A stretch of 64,000 bases of DNA from Verrucomicrobiia bacterium (GTDB lineage Bacteria > Verrucomicrobiota > Verrucomicrobiia > Limisphaerales > DASXHY01). This document shows positions 54,790-63,507 of this stretch, piece by piece. Under the pieces are notes generated by a model, which saw only the letters and a program-made list of their open reading frames with translations, was not told the origin of the DNA and did no database searches. Position 1 is the first letter of the stretch. Every line of letters begins with the position of its first letter. The translations under genes and the position numbers were made by a program. Location of the stretch: NCBI GenBank assembly GCA_035552155.1, contig DASZLX010000035.1, positions 65,381-129,380 on the forward strand, read 5' to 3'.

Positions 54790-55449
54790 TCAGGTCTGGC
54801 GCGATGCCTCCACCCTTCTCCACGCCCGCTCCCGGTTTTGAATTTCGCCCTTCAACAAATCCTCCGCCGACCAGCCTTGCTCCTGCGCGAATTGCGCCAG
54901 CGAAAACAGCATTCCCGCCAACTCCTTTTTCTTGAGGTTGCCCTTCGAGCGATTCGTGTCGGGAAGGACCTTTGCCTTCCGGGCCTTCTTCACCAGCTTT
55001 TCCGCGCGCAGCAGCGCGGGTAGATGCCTGGGAATTCCATCCAGCGCCGAGGCGCGCGCATGCTTGGTGCCGTGCTTTTCCGCGCGTTTTATCTTTTCCC
55101 AATTCGCCCAGACTTCATCCACATTTTTAACCTTAGTCGTCCCAAAAACGTGCGGGTGCCGGCGAATCAACTTCTCCGTGATATGTCGCGCCACCTTTTC
55201 AAAATCAAACGCCCCACGCTCCTTCGCGAGCTGGCAATGGAACACCACCTGCAACAACAAATCCCCAAGCTCCTCTTCCATCTCCTGGTCGTCGCGCGAT
55301 TCAATCGCATCCAGCAGCTCATAAACCTCCTCCACCGCGTGCCAGCGCAGGGATTGATGGTCCTGCTCGCGATCCCACGGACAACCCTTCGGCGAGCGCA
55401 ATTTCGCCATCACGCGCAATAAATCTTCAATTGCCGGTTTTCGTTTCAT
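54790..55449 (-). CDS. mazG: nucleoside triphosphate pyrophosphohydrolase MazG
   Basis: CPWDREQDHQSL..EEVYELLDAIE..EELGDLLLQVVFH..RHPHVFG. Confidence 0.9.
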   Translation of the reverse strand: MKRKPAIEDLLRVMAKLRSPKGCPWDREQDHQSLRWHAVEEVYELLDAIESRDDQEMEEELGDLLLQVVFHCQLAKERGAFDFEKVARHITEKLIRRHPHVFGTTKVKNVDEVWANWEKIKRAEKHGTKHARASALDGIPRHLPALLRAEKLVKKARKAKVLPDTNRSKGNLKKKELAGMLFSLAQFAQEQGWSAEDLLKGEIQNRERAWRRVEASRQT

Positions 55450-55527
55450 TTACGATTTACGACTGGCGATTCACAAGCGGTGGGTCAGTTTCCCCGTGCT
55501 CGTAAATCGTATATCGCAAATCGTAAA

Positions 55528-56604
55528 TTAAAGAATCACCAGATTATCCCGATGCACCACTTCCACGCGCAGCAATGTGCGCGCTTTGATTTCCTGCGAG
55601 CCAAAGGCCGCAATGCCCCGCGCGAATTCCGTCCCGTCCAAATCGCAAATCCGCACCACATCTTCCGCCGTAAAATCGCCCTCGCAACGCGCAATGCCCG
55701 GCGGCAGCAGGCTTTTACCTTTCTCGCGCAGCGCCTGTTTTGCGCCCTCATCCACGAACAGCGCGCCTTTGGGATGATGAAAAAAAGCGATCCACCGCTT
55801 GCGCCCCTGCAACTTCGTCGGTTGCGGCACAAACAGCGTGCCCTCGTCTTCACCGGCGATGACGCGCGCCAGCAGGTTTTTCTTTTTGCCGGACCCAATC
55901 ACCAATGGAATTCCCGAGCGCACCGCGATCTTGGCCGCCTCCACCTTGGAGCGCATCCCGCCCACGGCCGTCGCGCTATCCGTCCCGCCCGCGAGCTTTT
56001 CAATCGCGCCGTCGATGTGTTCGATGATGGAAATCGTTTTCGGATTGGCCCGGCCGAAATTTTCAATCACGCCATCCACTGTGGTCAGAATCAAAAGCAA
56101 ATCCGCGGGCAACAACGAGGCGACCAGCGCGGACAATTTGTCATTGTCGCCGAATTTGAGTTCGGTGAAAGAAATCGCGTCGTTCTCGTTGATGATCGGC
56201 ACCACGCCCCGGCCCAGCAGCGTCACGAGCGTATTGCGCGCGTTCAGATGGCGTTCGTGATGCTCCAAATCATCATGTGTCAGCAGCACCTGCGCCACGT
56301 GCAGGTCGAACTGCCCGAACAATTTTTCGTAAATAGCCATCAGGCGCGACTGGCCGACTGCGGCGCATGCCTGCAATTCCGCCAATTCATTGGGCCGCTT
56401 TTCGTAGCCCAGCACGCCCATGCCCGCGCCGACCGCGCCAGAAGTCACCAGCACAATTTCCCGGCCGGCCTTGCGTTGCGCAGCTACCTGCGCGACCAAT
56501 TGCTCTAACTGCGCCAAATCCGGCTGCTTCCGGCTGTCCGTCAGGACGCCGGTGCCGAGTTTCACCACCACGCGGGAAATATCTTTGAGCACTTCAGAAC
56601 GCAC
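55528..56604 (-). CDS. proB: glutamate 5-kinase with PUA domain
   Basis: VVKLGTGVLT, VTSGAVGAG, FGDNDKLSA, and a C-terminal PUA domain. GTG start. Confidence 0.95.
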   Translation of the reverse strand: MRSEVLKDISRVVVKLGTGVLTDSRKQPDLAQLEQLVAQVAAQRKAGREIVLVTSGAVGAGMGVLGYEKRPNELAELQACAAVGQSRLMAIYEKLFGQFDLHVAQVLLTHDDLEHHERHLNARNTLVTLLGRGVVPIINENDAISFTELKFGDNDKLSALVASLLPADLLLILTTVDGVIENFGRANPKTISIIEHIDGAIEKLAGGTDSATAVGGMRSKVEAAKIAVRSGIPLVIGSGKKKNLLARVIAGEDEGTLFVPQPTKLQGRKRWIAFFHHPKGALFVDEGAKQALREKGKSLLPPGIARCEGDFTAEDVVRICDLDGTEFARGIAAFGSQEIKARTLLRVEVVHRDNLVIL

Positions 56605-56662
56605 GCCCGTTTGGTAGCAAAAGAGCGGTCAAGTGTCGAGGATGAGTCACGTCCATCGGCAC

Positions 56663-56843
56663 GGGTGCGACTGAAAATGAGGGTCAAATAATCAAACGCG
56701 CGCTCTAGCCTCCCTCTCTGCCATGAAATGGCGGAGAGGGGGTGAGGTGGTGCTTATAATCCTCATAGCTCACGAACGATTGGATCAGGCTTTTCATCCA
56801 GGTAAACTCCAGCCACTGTCCGTCACTCCCTGTCGCACACCCC
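56663..56843. mobile_element. MITE-like element, copy 2 (181 bp)
   Basis: Same TIRs and internal palindrome as 40001..40181. Flanked by the direct repeat (C)ATCGGCAC at 56654..56662 and 56843..56851. Confidence 0.75.
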
Positions 56844-56892
56844 ATCGGCACTCAACTCTCGACTCTCAACCCTCAACTGCTATCCTTCCACC

Positions 56893-57966
56893 ATGCGCGA
56901 ACAATCCGTGAATTTCCTCCGCACCCTCGTAAACACGCCCAGCCCCACAGGCCACGAAGTCCGCGGCCAGCGAGTGTGGCTGGATTACGTCAAACCTTTC
57001 GCCGACGAAACCTTCTCCGACGCCTACGGCAATTGCGTGGCTGTGCTCAACAAAGGCGGTTCTCCGCGCCTCATGCTCGCCGCCCACGCCGACGAAATCG
57101 CCATGGCCGTCAATTACATCAATGATGAGGGATACCTTTACGTCCGGAAAATGGGCGGCGTTAATGCCGCCATCACCAAAGCGCAACGAGTCGCCATCCA
57201 TACGCGCGAAGGAACCGTCAAAGGCGTCGTCGGAAATGTCGCGCCGCACTTGATGCGCGGCGACGATAACAAACCCAAGACCCCGCAAATTCACGACCTG
57301 TTCATCGACATCGGTGTGAGCAGTCGCAAGGACGCCGAGAAACTCGTGCGCGTTGGCGACCCCATCACGCTCGTGGACGAATTTGATTTGTTGCGCAACG
57401 ACCTCGTCGTGGCGCGCGCCTTTGACAATCGCATCGGCACCTTCGCCGTGGCCGAAGCGCTGCGTCTCCTGAAAGAATCCAAAGGCAAAATCGCCCCGGA
57501 AATCTGCGCCGTTTCCAACGTGCAGGAGGAAGTCGGCTTGCTGGGCGCGCGACAGATCGCCTATTCGCTCAAGCCAGACGTCGCCCTCGTGGTCGATGTC
57601 ACCCACGCGACGGATTACCCCACCGTAAGCAAACAGCAGCACGGCGATGTCAAAATCGGCCAGGGCCCGGCAATCACCCACGGCGGATGCAACCATCCGG
57701 AAGTCGTCGCCCGGCTGGAATCAGTGGCCAAGGCGAAAAAGATTCCCCTGCAGCACGAGGCCATGTCCTCCACCAGCGGCACTGACACCGACGTGATTTT
57801 CTGGACGCGCGGCGGCATCGCCAGCGCCCTCGTGAGCCTGCCGAATCGTTACATGCATTCCCCGGTGGAAGTCGTAAGCTTGAAAGATTTGGAGCAAATT
57901 CCCGAATTGCTGGCCGCCTTCGCCCGCTCCCTGAAGGCAGGCGAGGAGTTCAAGGTAAAGATTTGA
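56893..57966 (+). CDS. M42 family metallopeptidase (FrvX/CelM-like)
   Basis: LVNTPSPTGHE, AHADEIA, FDNRIG, QEEVGLLGA, and MHSPVE motifs. Confidence 0.92.
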   Translation: MREQSVNFLRTLVNTPSPTGHEVRGQRVWLDYVKPFADETFSDAYGNCVAVLNKGGSPRLMLAAHADEIAMAVNYINDEGYLYVRKMGGVNAAITKAQRVAIHTREGTVKGVVGNVAPHLMRGDDNKPKTPQIHDLFIDIGVSSRKDAEKLVRVGDPITLVDEFDLLRNDLVVARAFDNRIGTFAVAEALRLLKESKGKIAPEICAVSNVQEEVGLLGARQIAYSLKPDVALVVDVTHATDYPTVSKQQHGDVKIGQGPAITHGGCNHPEVVARLESVAKAKKIPLQHEAMSSTSGTDTDVIFWTRGGIASALVSLPNRYMHSPVEVVSLKDLEQIPELLAAFARSLKAGEEFKVKI

Positions 57967-57975
57967 AATGCTTCC

Positions 57976-58032
57976 GGTAGGGCTGCGCTGCCGCGCCGCC
58001 CCATTATCCCGTCACGCGCGCATAGCGCGGGA
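57976..58032 (+). repeat. REP unit (GTAG + two GC hairpins), left flank of RAYT
   Basis: GGTAGGGCTGCGCTGCCGCGCCGCCCCATTATCC..CGCGCGCATAGCGCGGG. Inverted copy at 58672..58727. Confidence 0.8.
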
Positions 58033-58108
58033 CGAAAAGGCGGTTTACGCGAAATCATGGTGACATGCAGCACCGAGTGCCTTGTGGCAACGGCGTTCGC
58101 CAATCACA

Positions 58109-58137
58109 GGTAGGGCCGCGTTGTGCGCGGCCCCATA
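58109..58137 (+). repeat. REP-like GTAG + hairpin
   Basis: GGTAGGGCCGCG-ttgtg-CGCGGCCCC, a perfect 8-bp stem. Confidence 0.7.
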
Positions 58138-58155
58138 TTCCCGTTGGTGACGCAG

Positions 58156-58626
58156 TCACCAACGAATCTCATGAACCCGCCCGAAATACGGCCAATCCTC
58201 ACTCTTCTCCGCCAACCCTTGGCGTACCGGGTTTTCCCTCACATACTGCCATTTTTGCGAGTAACTTTCGCCGTCGCGCAACCGATGATGAAAACCTCCA
58301 CGTTGAAATGTGCCGCAGTCCGGATGCTCTTTCGCGAATCTATCCTTCCAAAAAGCCATCCAACGCTCGATCGTGAACTTAAAATCCCGCGGGCCACAAA
58401 ATAAATGAAGGTGGTCCGGCATAAGCAAATAATCACTGACCAGCCATGCCGTCGCGGTATGTCCCCAAATGCTGTGCAGTGTGCGAATCACCGAACTCTG
58501 CGCGAGCCACCGCTCGCGCCTCTCAGTACAAACGGTGAGAAAAACCCAGTTTGGTCCATCAAGAGAGATATGAACTCCTTTCGCGGTTGTGCGACGCCCG
58601 GATTCACTAAAAGGAGCGTCTGCCAT
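58156..58626 (-). CDS. REP-associated tyrosine transposase (RAYT)-like Y1 HUH protein
   Basis: HUH-type motif LLMPDHLHLF and a C-terminal Tyr region WQYVRENPVRQGL. Flanked by inverted REP units. ATG at 58626. Confidence 0.8.
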   Translation of the reverse strand: MADAPFSESGRRTTAKGVHISLDGPNWVFLTVCTERRERWLAQSSVIRTLHSIWGHTATAWLVSDYLLMPDHLHLFCGPRDFKFTIERWMAFWKDRFAKEHPDCGTFQRGGFHHRLRDGESYSQKWQYVRENPVRQGLAEKSEDWPYFGRVHEIRW

Positions 58627-58671
58627 AGCCAAATTCGTAACGGAAGAATCAGGACTGTGAAAGATTTTTCA

Positions 58672-58750
58672 CCCCGCGCTATACGCGCGGGATGGATTAT
58701 GGGGCGGCGCGGCAGCGCCGCCCTACCTGGGTAGGGCCGCACTGCCGGTC
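58672..58750 (-). repeat. REP unit (inverted) plus adjacent head-to-head partial REP, right flank of RAYT
   Basis: The reverse complement of 58672..58727 is GGTAGGGCGGCGCTGCCGCGCCGCCCCATAATCC..CCCGCGCGTATAGCGCGGGG. It is followed by GGGTAGGGCCGCACTGCCGG on the plus strand. Confidence 0.8.
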
Positions 58751-58798
58751 GATAAGATTTGATTGAGTTTATTTTTGAATCGCGATATTCCTCAATCA

Positions 58799-59254
58799 AT
58801 GCGCCGGCCCATTTTGATTCTCGCCTTGTGCTGCTTCGTTTCCGCGGCCGCTTCTGCCGCAACCGGTCGCGTAATGAAGGTTCTCCCCCAATTTCTCGAC
58901 CTCAAAGGCCGGCACGCGCTCTCACCCAGCCTCTACGACCGCGACGCCTACCAGGCGTTTTTGCGCGTCCACACCAATGATGTTTCCGGCCTGCGCTTTG
59001 CCATTCAATGGAAAGGGTCCGGCACAAGCGCGCCGCTGAAATTGCGTGTGGAAATTCGCGGCGTCACTCATGGCGATCTGCCTCCCAACGTCGTCCTCGA
59101 ACAAGACGTGAAACCTGGCGGCTGGTTCAGCCACTGGGCGTCCCTGCCGCTCGTCGGCGATGATTACAAAAAAATCGGCGAAGTCACCGCCTGGCGCGCC
59201 ACGTTGTGGGACGGCGACAAACTTTTAAGCGAACAAAAATCCTTCCTATGGTGA
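58799..59254 (+). CDS. hypothetical secreted protein
   Basis: Signal peptide MRRPILILALCCFVSAAASA. Its stop overlaps the next gene's start (ATGGTGA). Confidence 0.6.
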   Translation: MRRPILILALCCFVSAAASAATGRVMKVLPQFLDLKGRHALSPSLYDRDAYQAFLRVHTNDVSGLRFAIQWKGSGTSAPLKLRVEIRGVTHGDLPPNVVLEQDVKPGGWFSHWASLPLVGDDYKKIGEVTAWRATLWDGDKLLSEQKSFLW

Positions 59255-60738
59255 AAGCCGGCTTGCGTTTCCTCCCGATTCTGGCACTCGCGCTGTTGCC
59301 GGTCTTAAACCTCCCCGCCCGGGACTTTGCCGATTATCAACTCGGCGACAAAGCCGAAGAGGACATCGTCGCCACCACCAAATTGTCCGTCGTGGACCCG
59401 GAAGGGACCCAGGCCTTGAAGGAAAAGGAGGCGATGCGCGTTCTGGCGATCGTCCGTTACGACACCAACGCGCCCGATGAACTGGAAGCGCGGTTCCGCG
59501 AGGTCTTTGCCCGAACACGCGAGGATTTTCTCAATTCCGTCCATAAAGACTTCGGCCACCGCAAGCTGTCTGCGGAGGAGCTTAGTTCGTTCAAATTCGA
59601 GTCGCTCGCCATGCTGTTCCAGAAGCAGAACAAACTGTTCCCGCTCAGCACCAATCGCGCAGCCTTGTGGGCCAGCGGCGATACGGATGACGCCTACGTC
59701 ACGTCCCTGATTCCCACCTTGCGGCAAACCATGACGTCGCCCATCCGGCCCGAACCCCTCCCGGCGGACCTCAAACTCGGGAATACCGTGCGCCTGATTG
59801 CGCTCGGCGACACGAACGCGATTCTGCCCGCCCAGACCGCCGAGAGATTGGGCAAAAATTTTACCCGCAGCAATTTCGTGGCGCTCGCCGACGTCAAAAA
59901 GGAGTTTCAAAACTTCTTTCCCCAGGAAGAGCGCAACATCGCGAAATACCTCGCCACCCTGTTGACCCCCAACTGCTTCGTGGACGAAGAAATCACCCGC
60001 CAGCTGCGCACCCGGCGCACGGAAGGAATCTGGTCGGTCATTAATTATGAGCCGGGCGAAATCGTGGCGCATCGCGGGCAGGTCATAGACGGGAAAATCA
60101 AAGCCGCGCTCGATCAGCTCAAAGAAAAAGCAATCATGGGCCAGTTGCAGGAATTGCAGGTGAAACAACAGGCGGCCGTGGGGCAATTGGAGCAATTGGC
60201 CGCCGCTGGCCAGGCAAAGAGCGCCGAAGCACAGGCGCATATCCGGTGGCTGATCGGTGGACTGGCGGCAGTGGTTTTGATCCTCGCGGCGGCGATCTGG
60301 CGGCTCGCACGGCGCCGGGAACCAGTATCACTCCTGCCGGCGCCAGCCGCCGCCGGCGCGCTCGAATGGCAACAGCGCGCCCTCACCGCCGAGCACCGCA
60401 CGGACCAACTGCAAACCGCCGCGCGCGCGGGATTGATCGCCCACCTCTCGCAATGGCTTTCAAGCATGTTGACCCGCCGCTTGATCTTCCAGCGCCGCCT
60501 GCTGCTCGACTCGCAAAGCAATGCCGCGAACGAAATGGCTGAACTCGAAGCCCGGCTGGAAAGAGTCCAGGCGCCCTTGCAGGTCCGGCTGGCCGCTTAC
60601 GAGCATCGCATCGCCGAGCTCGAAAAAGAACTGGCCGCGCGCGGCGAAGAAAATCGCGAACTGCTCAAGGCGAAAATCGAGATGATGCGCAAACAGTTGG
60701 AAGCCGAACGCGGAAAGAATCGCCTGGAATTCAATTAA
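59248..60738 (+). CDS. hypothetical membrane-anchored protein with exported N-domain and cytoplasmic coiled coil
   Basis: Signal peptide, a ~330-aa exported domain, one TM segment (WLIGGLAAVVLILAAAIW), and C-terminal heptad-rich LEARLERVQ..ELEKELAARGEENRELLKAKIEMMRKQLE. Confidence 0.7.
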   Translation: MVKAGLRFLPILALALLPVLNLPARDFADYQLGDKAEEDIVATTKLSVVDPEGTQALKEKEAMRVLAIVRYDTNAPDELEARFREVFARTREDFLNSVHKDFGHRKLSAEELSSFKFESLAMLFQKQNKLFPLSTNRAALWASGDTDDAYVTSLIPTLRQTMTSPIRPEPLPADLKLGNTVRLIALGDTNAILPAQTAERLGKNFTRSNFVALADVKKEFQNFFPQEERNIAKYLATLLTPNCFVDEEITRQLRTRRTEGIWSVINYEPGEIVAHRGQVIDGKIKAALDQLKEKAIMGQLQELQVKQQAAVGQLEQLAAAGQAKSAEAQAHIRWLIGGLAAVVLILAAAIWRLARRREPVSLLPAPAAAGALEWQQRALTAEHRTDQLQTAARAGLIAHLSQWLSSMLTRRLIFQRRLLLDSQSNAANEMAELEARLERVQAPLQVRLAAYEHRIAELEKELAARGEENRELLKAKIEMMRKQLEAERGKNRLEFN

Positions 60739-60768
60739 AGCTTCCCGCAAGCAGGCTTCCACGCGCCC

Positions 60769-60897
60769 GGAAAAGCTCCAAAATCCAAGCCCCACAGAAA
60801 CCTCTAGCCTCAATTCTGAAAACCGTCCATCAACGCTTTTGAGGTTTGAAATTTGGAATTTCTTTGGAACTTGGAACTTGAGATTTAGAGTTTTGCC
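60769..60897. repeat. TCCAAG-unit long imperfect hairpin element (second locus)
   Basis: CCGGAAAAGCTCCAAAATCCAAG..GAAACCTC pairs with GAGGTTTG..TTGGAATTTCTTTGGAACTTGGAACTTGAGATTTAGAGTTTTGCCGG. Lies between convergent genes. Confidence 0.8.
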
Positions 60898-60924
60898 GGC
60901 TAGCGCCCATCGTTCCCGGGCGTA

Positions 60925-61965
60925 CTACGCCGCCCGCTTCTTCTCCTGCGTGTGCAGCGCGCGTTCGTAGCATTCCATCGCCTCGCCATATTTCTCCAAC
61001 CGGCTGCACAACCCGCCTTTATGGAGATAGGCGATGGTTAACGAGCCATCCGCCGCGATGGCGCGATCATAACACTCCAACGCCTCCTGCGGCTGGCGCA
61101 TCTTTTCCAGCGCCGTGCCCTTTTTCACCAGCGCTTCCGCATGGTTCGGCTCCGTCGCCAGAATCTCATCGAAAACCGCCAGAGCCTCTTCCGGCCGTTC
61201 GTTCAAAAGGCCTTGTCCCCGCTCCAGCAACCGCGCCAATTGCGTCCCCTGGCCGTCGCTGGTCGAATCCAACGCCAGTTCCGGATGCGGCTGGGGCGCC
61301 TCGAGCACGCCGCCGTTGCCATTGCCGTTGGTTGAAGGCGCCGCTTCCTGCAGCGGCAACGCAGCGGTATGCTCCAATTCGGCAATTCGCTTTTCAAGTT
61401 GTTGGACTAACCCCACCAGACGCGTATTGGATTGCTCGACCGAACCGTTGCTCAGAACCTCATGTTCACCCGCGGCGAGCGCGGCCGTGGACGGAAATGC
61501 CAATCCCCGGCCGACCGAAAGCGCCGCCGAAATATCCGCCAGACGCGCCACCGCGCGCCACTGGAAATATGCCGTCAATAACGCCGCCATAAAACCAATG
61601 GCCGCAAAAACACCCACTATCGTTATCAACAAATGATTCGTGCGCTGGGCGGTATCCAATTCGCCCGCACGCTGCGCAATCAGGGTTTGCTCGATGGCCT
61701 GCAAACGATTCGAAAGTGCAGCGGCATCCTGCGCCGCCGCGGCTTGGGCCTCCTGCCGGCCGCGATCGATGCTCAGTTGCGTGTCGTGAAGCTGCTCCTG
61801 AAGCTGGAGATAGGCGCGCAACACATCGTTGGAGCCCAAATTTTCCTGCGGCATGCCTGAGAGGACCGGCGCTGCGTCGGCGGCGCGCAGATTGGCCAAT
61901 GGCAGGGCGGCGAAAAAGCAGCAGACAGCCAGCGTTTTTAGGTTCAAAAAGCGCGGATTGCTCAT
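60925..61965 (-). CDS. tetratricopeptide repeat protein, membrane-anchored
   Basis: Signal peptide, coiled coil, one TM segment (LLITIVGVFAAIGFMAALLTAYF), and C-terminal TPRs (PEEALAVFDEILATEPNHAEALVKKGTALEKM..). Confidence 0.8.
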   Translation of the reverse strand: MSNPRFLNLKTLAVCCFFAALPLANLRAADAAPVLSGMPQENLGSNDVLRAYLQLQEQLHDTQLSIDRGRQEAQAAAAQDAAALSNRLQAIEQTLIAQRAGELDTAQRTNHLLITIVGVFAAIGFMAALLTAYFQWRAVARLADISAALSVGRGLAFPSTAALAAGEHEVLSNGSVEQSNTRLVGLVQQLEKRIAELEHTAALPLQEAAPSTNGNGNGGVLEAPQPHPELALDSTSDGQGTQLARLLERGQGLLNERPEEALAVFDEILATEPNHAEALVKKGTALEKMRQPQEALECYDRAIAADGSLTIAYLHKGGLCSRLEKYGEAMECYERALHTQEKKRAA

Positions 61966-62232
61966 GCGCCGCAGAGTGGGCCGTTGTGTCCTCCTTGTCA
62001 AGAAACGCACCGCTAAATTTGTTCACACACCATTAACACGTTTTGCACCGACGGGTAGAGACACCGTGCTGCGGTGTCTCCGTCCGCGTTCAGCGGACGG
62101 AACAAATTATACCTGCGAGATGATTGGCGCCTTTTGTTATGCCGTTAAGCGGCGCGTACAGCGCAGCACGCTGTCCCCTACCGTAACGGACCTCCGTTGA
62201 CACGCGCACCCCCTCTGTTTAGCTTTCGCCCA

Positions 62233-63507
62233 ATGTCTGGATTGCCTTTCGAACTCCTGCTTGCGCTGCGCTATTTGCGGCCCAAACGGACGTTCGTTTC
62301 CGTCATCACTTTGATTTCCGTGGCCGGCGTCGCGCTCGGAGTCGCCGTGCTCATCGTCGTCATCAGCGTCATGAGCGGTTTCGACAAACAACTCCGCGAT
62401 ACCATCCTCGGCTTCAATGCCCATCTCAAGGTTTACGTTCCGCACAAGGAAATGGCCGATTACCGCCATGTGATGAGCATCGTGGCCTCCAACCACAACG
62501 TGAAAGGCGTGGCGCCCTACATCCTCTCGCAGGTGCTCATGGAAACAACCACCAACGATCATTCCCATGAGAAATACGACGTCGCGCCCTGGGTGCGAGG
62601 CATTGATCCCGATGCGGAAACCAACGTCAGCACTCTGGCCTCGAGCATCGTCGAAGGAAAATTCGACGTCAGCGGCCACGGAATATTGATCGGCCGGGTT
62701 CTCGCCAGCGAGTATGGCATTGAAGTCGGCGACACGATCAACATCTCGTCCGCGCAGGATGTGCAAAAGATGCGGGAGGGTTACGAAAAAGGACACCAGG
62801 AGGCGATTCCGCCAATGGAATACGAAGTGCGCGGCATCTTCGATGTCGGGTTCTACGATTACAACGCAACCGTCGTCGTGATTTCGCTCGCAAAGGCCCA
62901 GGACATGTGCGGCCTCGATGACGAAGTCCACGGCTTGATGGTGATGTTGCACGATCCTTTCGCGGCAGCCAAAGTGCGGGATCAATTGAAGCAAGCGCTC
63001 GGGCCCGGCTTCAAAGTGAGCACCTGGCTCGAGGACAGCTCGATGTTGAGCGCGGTCGCCGTCGAAAAAAACGTCATGTTCATCATCCTTTTTTGCATCA
63101 TGATCGTAGCCGCGCTCTGCATCCTGAGCGCGCTGATTACCTTCGTCGTCCAGAAAACCCGCGAGATCGGGATGCTCAAAGCCCTCGGCGCGACGGATTT
63201 TCAAGTCGGCGGCTTGTTCCTCAGCCAAAGCGCGTTCATCGGCACCGTGGGCGTACTGGCCGGCCTGGGGATTGGATTTCTCGCGCTGACTTACCGCAAC
63301 GAGTTTTTGTTTTTCATGCGGCGCGCCACCGGACTGGAATTGTTTCCGGCGGACATTTATGGATTCACGCAATTGCCGGCCTTGATTGTTCCCAGCGATA
63401 TTCTTTTGATTTGCGGGAGCGCGTTTGTGATTTGCATTCTGGGCGGCGTGCTGCCCGCCTGGCGCGCCTGGCGGCTCAAACCGGTGGAGGCGCTGCGTTA
63501 TGAGTGA
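62233..63507 (+). CDS. lipoprotein-releasing ABC transporter permease (LolC/LolE family)
   Basis: LALRYLRPKR N-terminus, MacB-like periplasmic domain, and FtsX-type C-terminal TM segments. ATG at 62233. Confidence 0.92.
   Translation: MSGLPFELLLALRYLRPKRTFVSVITLISVAGVALGVAVLIVVISVMSGFDKQLRDTILGFNAHLKVYVPHKEMADYRHVMSIVASNHNVKGVAPYILSQVLMETTTNDHSHEKYDVAPWVRGIDPDAETNVSTLASSIVEGKFDVSGHGILIGRVLASEYGIEVGDTINISSAQDVQKMREGYEKGHQEAIPPMEYEVRGIFDVGFYDYNATVVVISLAKAQDMCGLDDEVHGLMVMLHDPFAAAKVRDQLKQALGPGFKVSTWLEDSSMLSAVAVEKNVMFIILFCIMIVAALCILSALITFVVQKTREIGMLKALGATDFQVGGLFLSQSAFIGTVGVLAGLGIGFLALTYRNEFLFFMRRATGLELFPADIYGFTQLPALIVPSDILLICGSAFVICILGGVLPAWRAWRLKPVEALRYE

Noticed and set aside
55480-56508. 342-aa ORF antisense to proB
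   Set aside because: proB on the minus strand is certain, so this is an antisense artefact.
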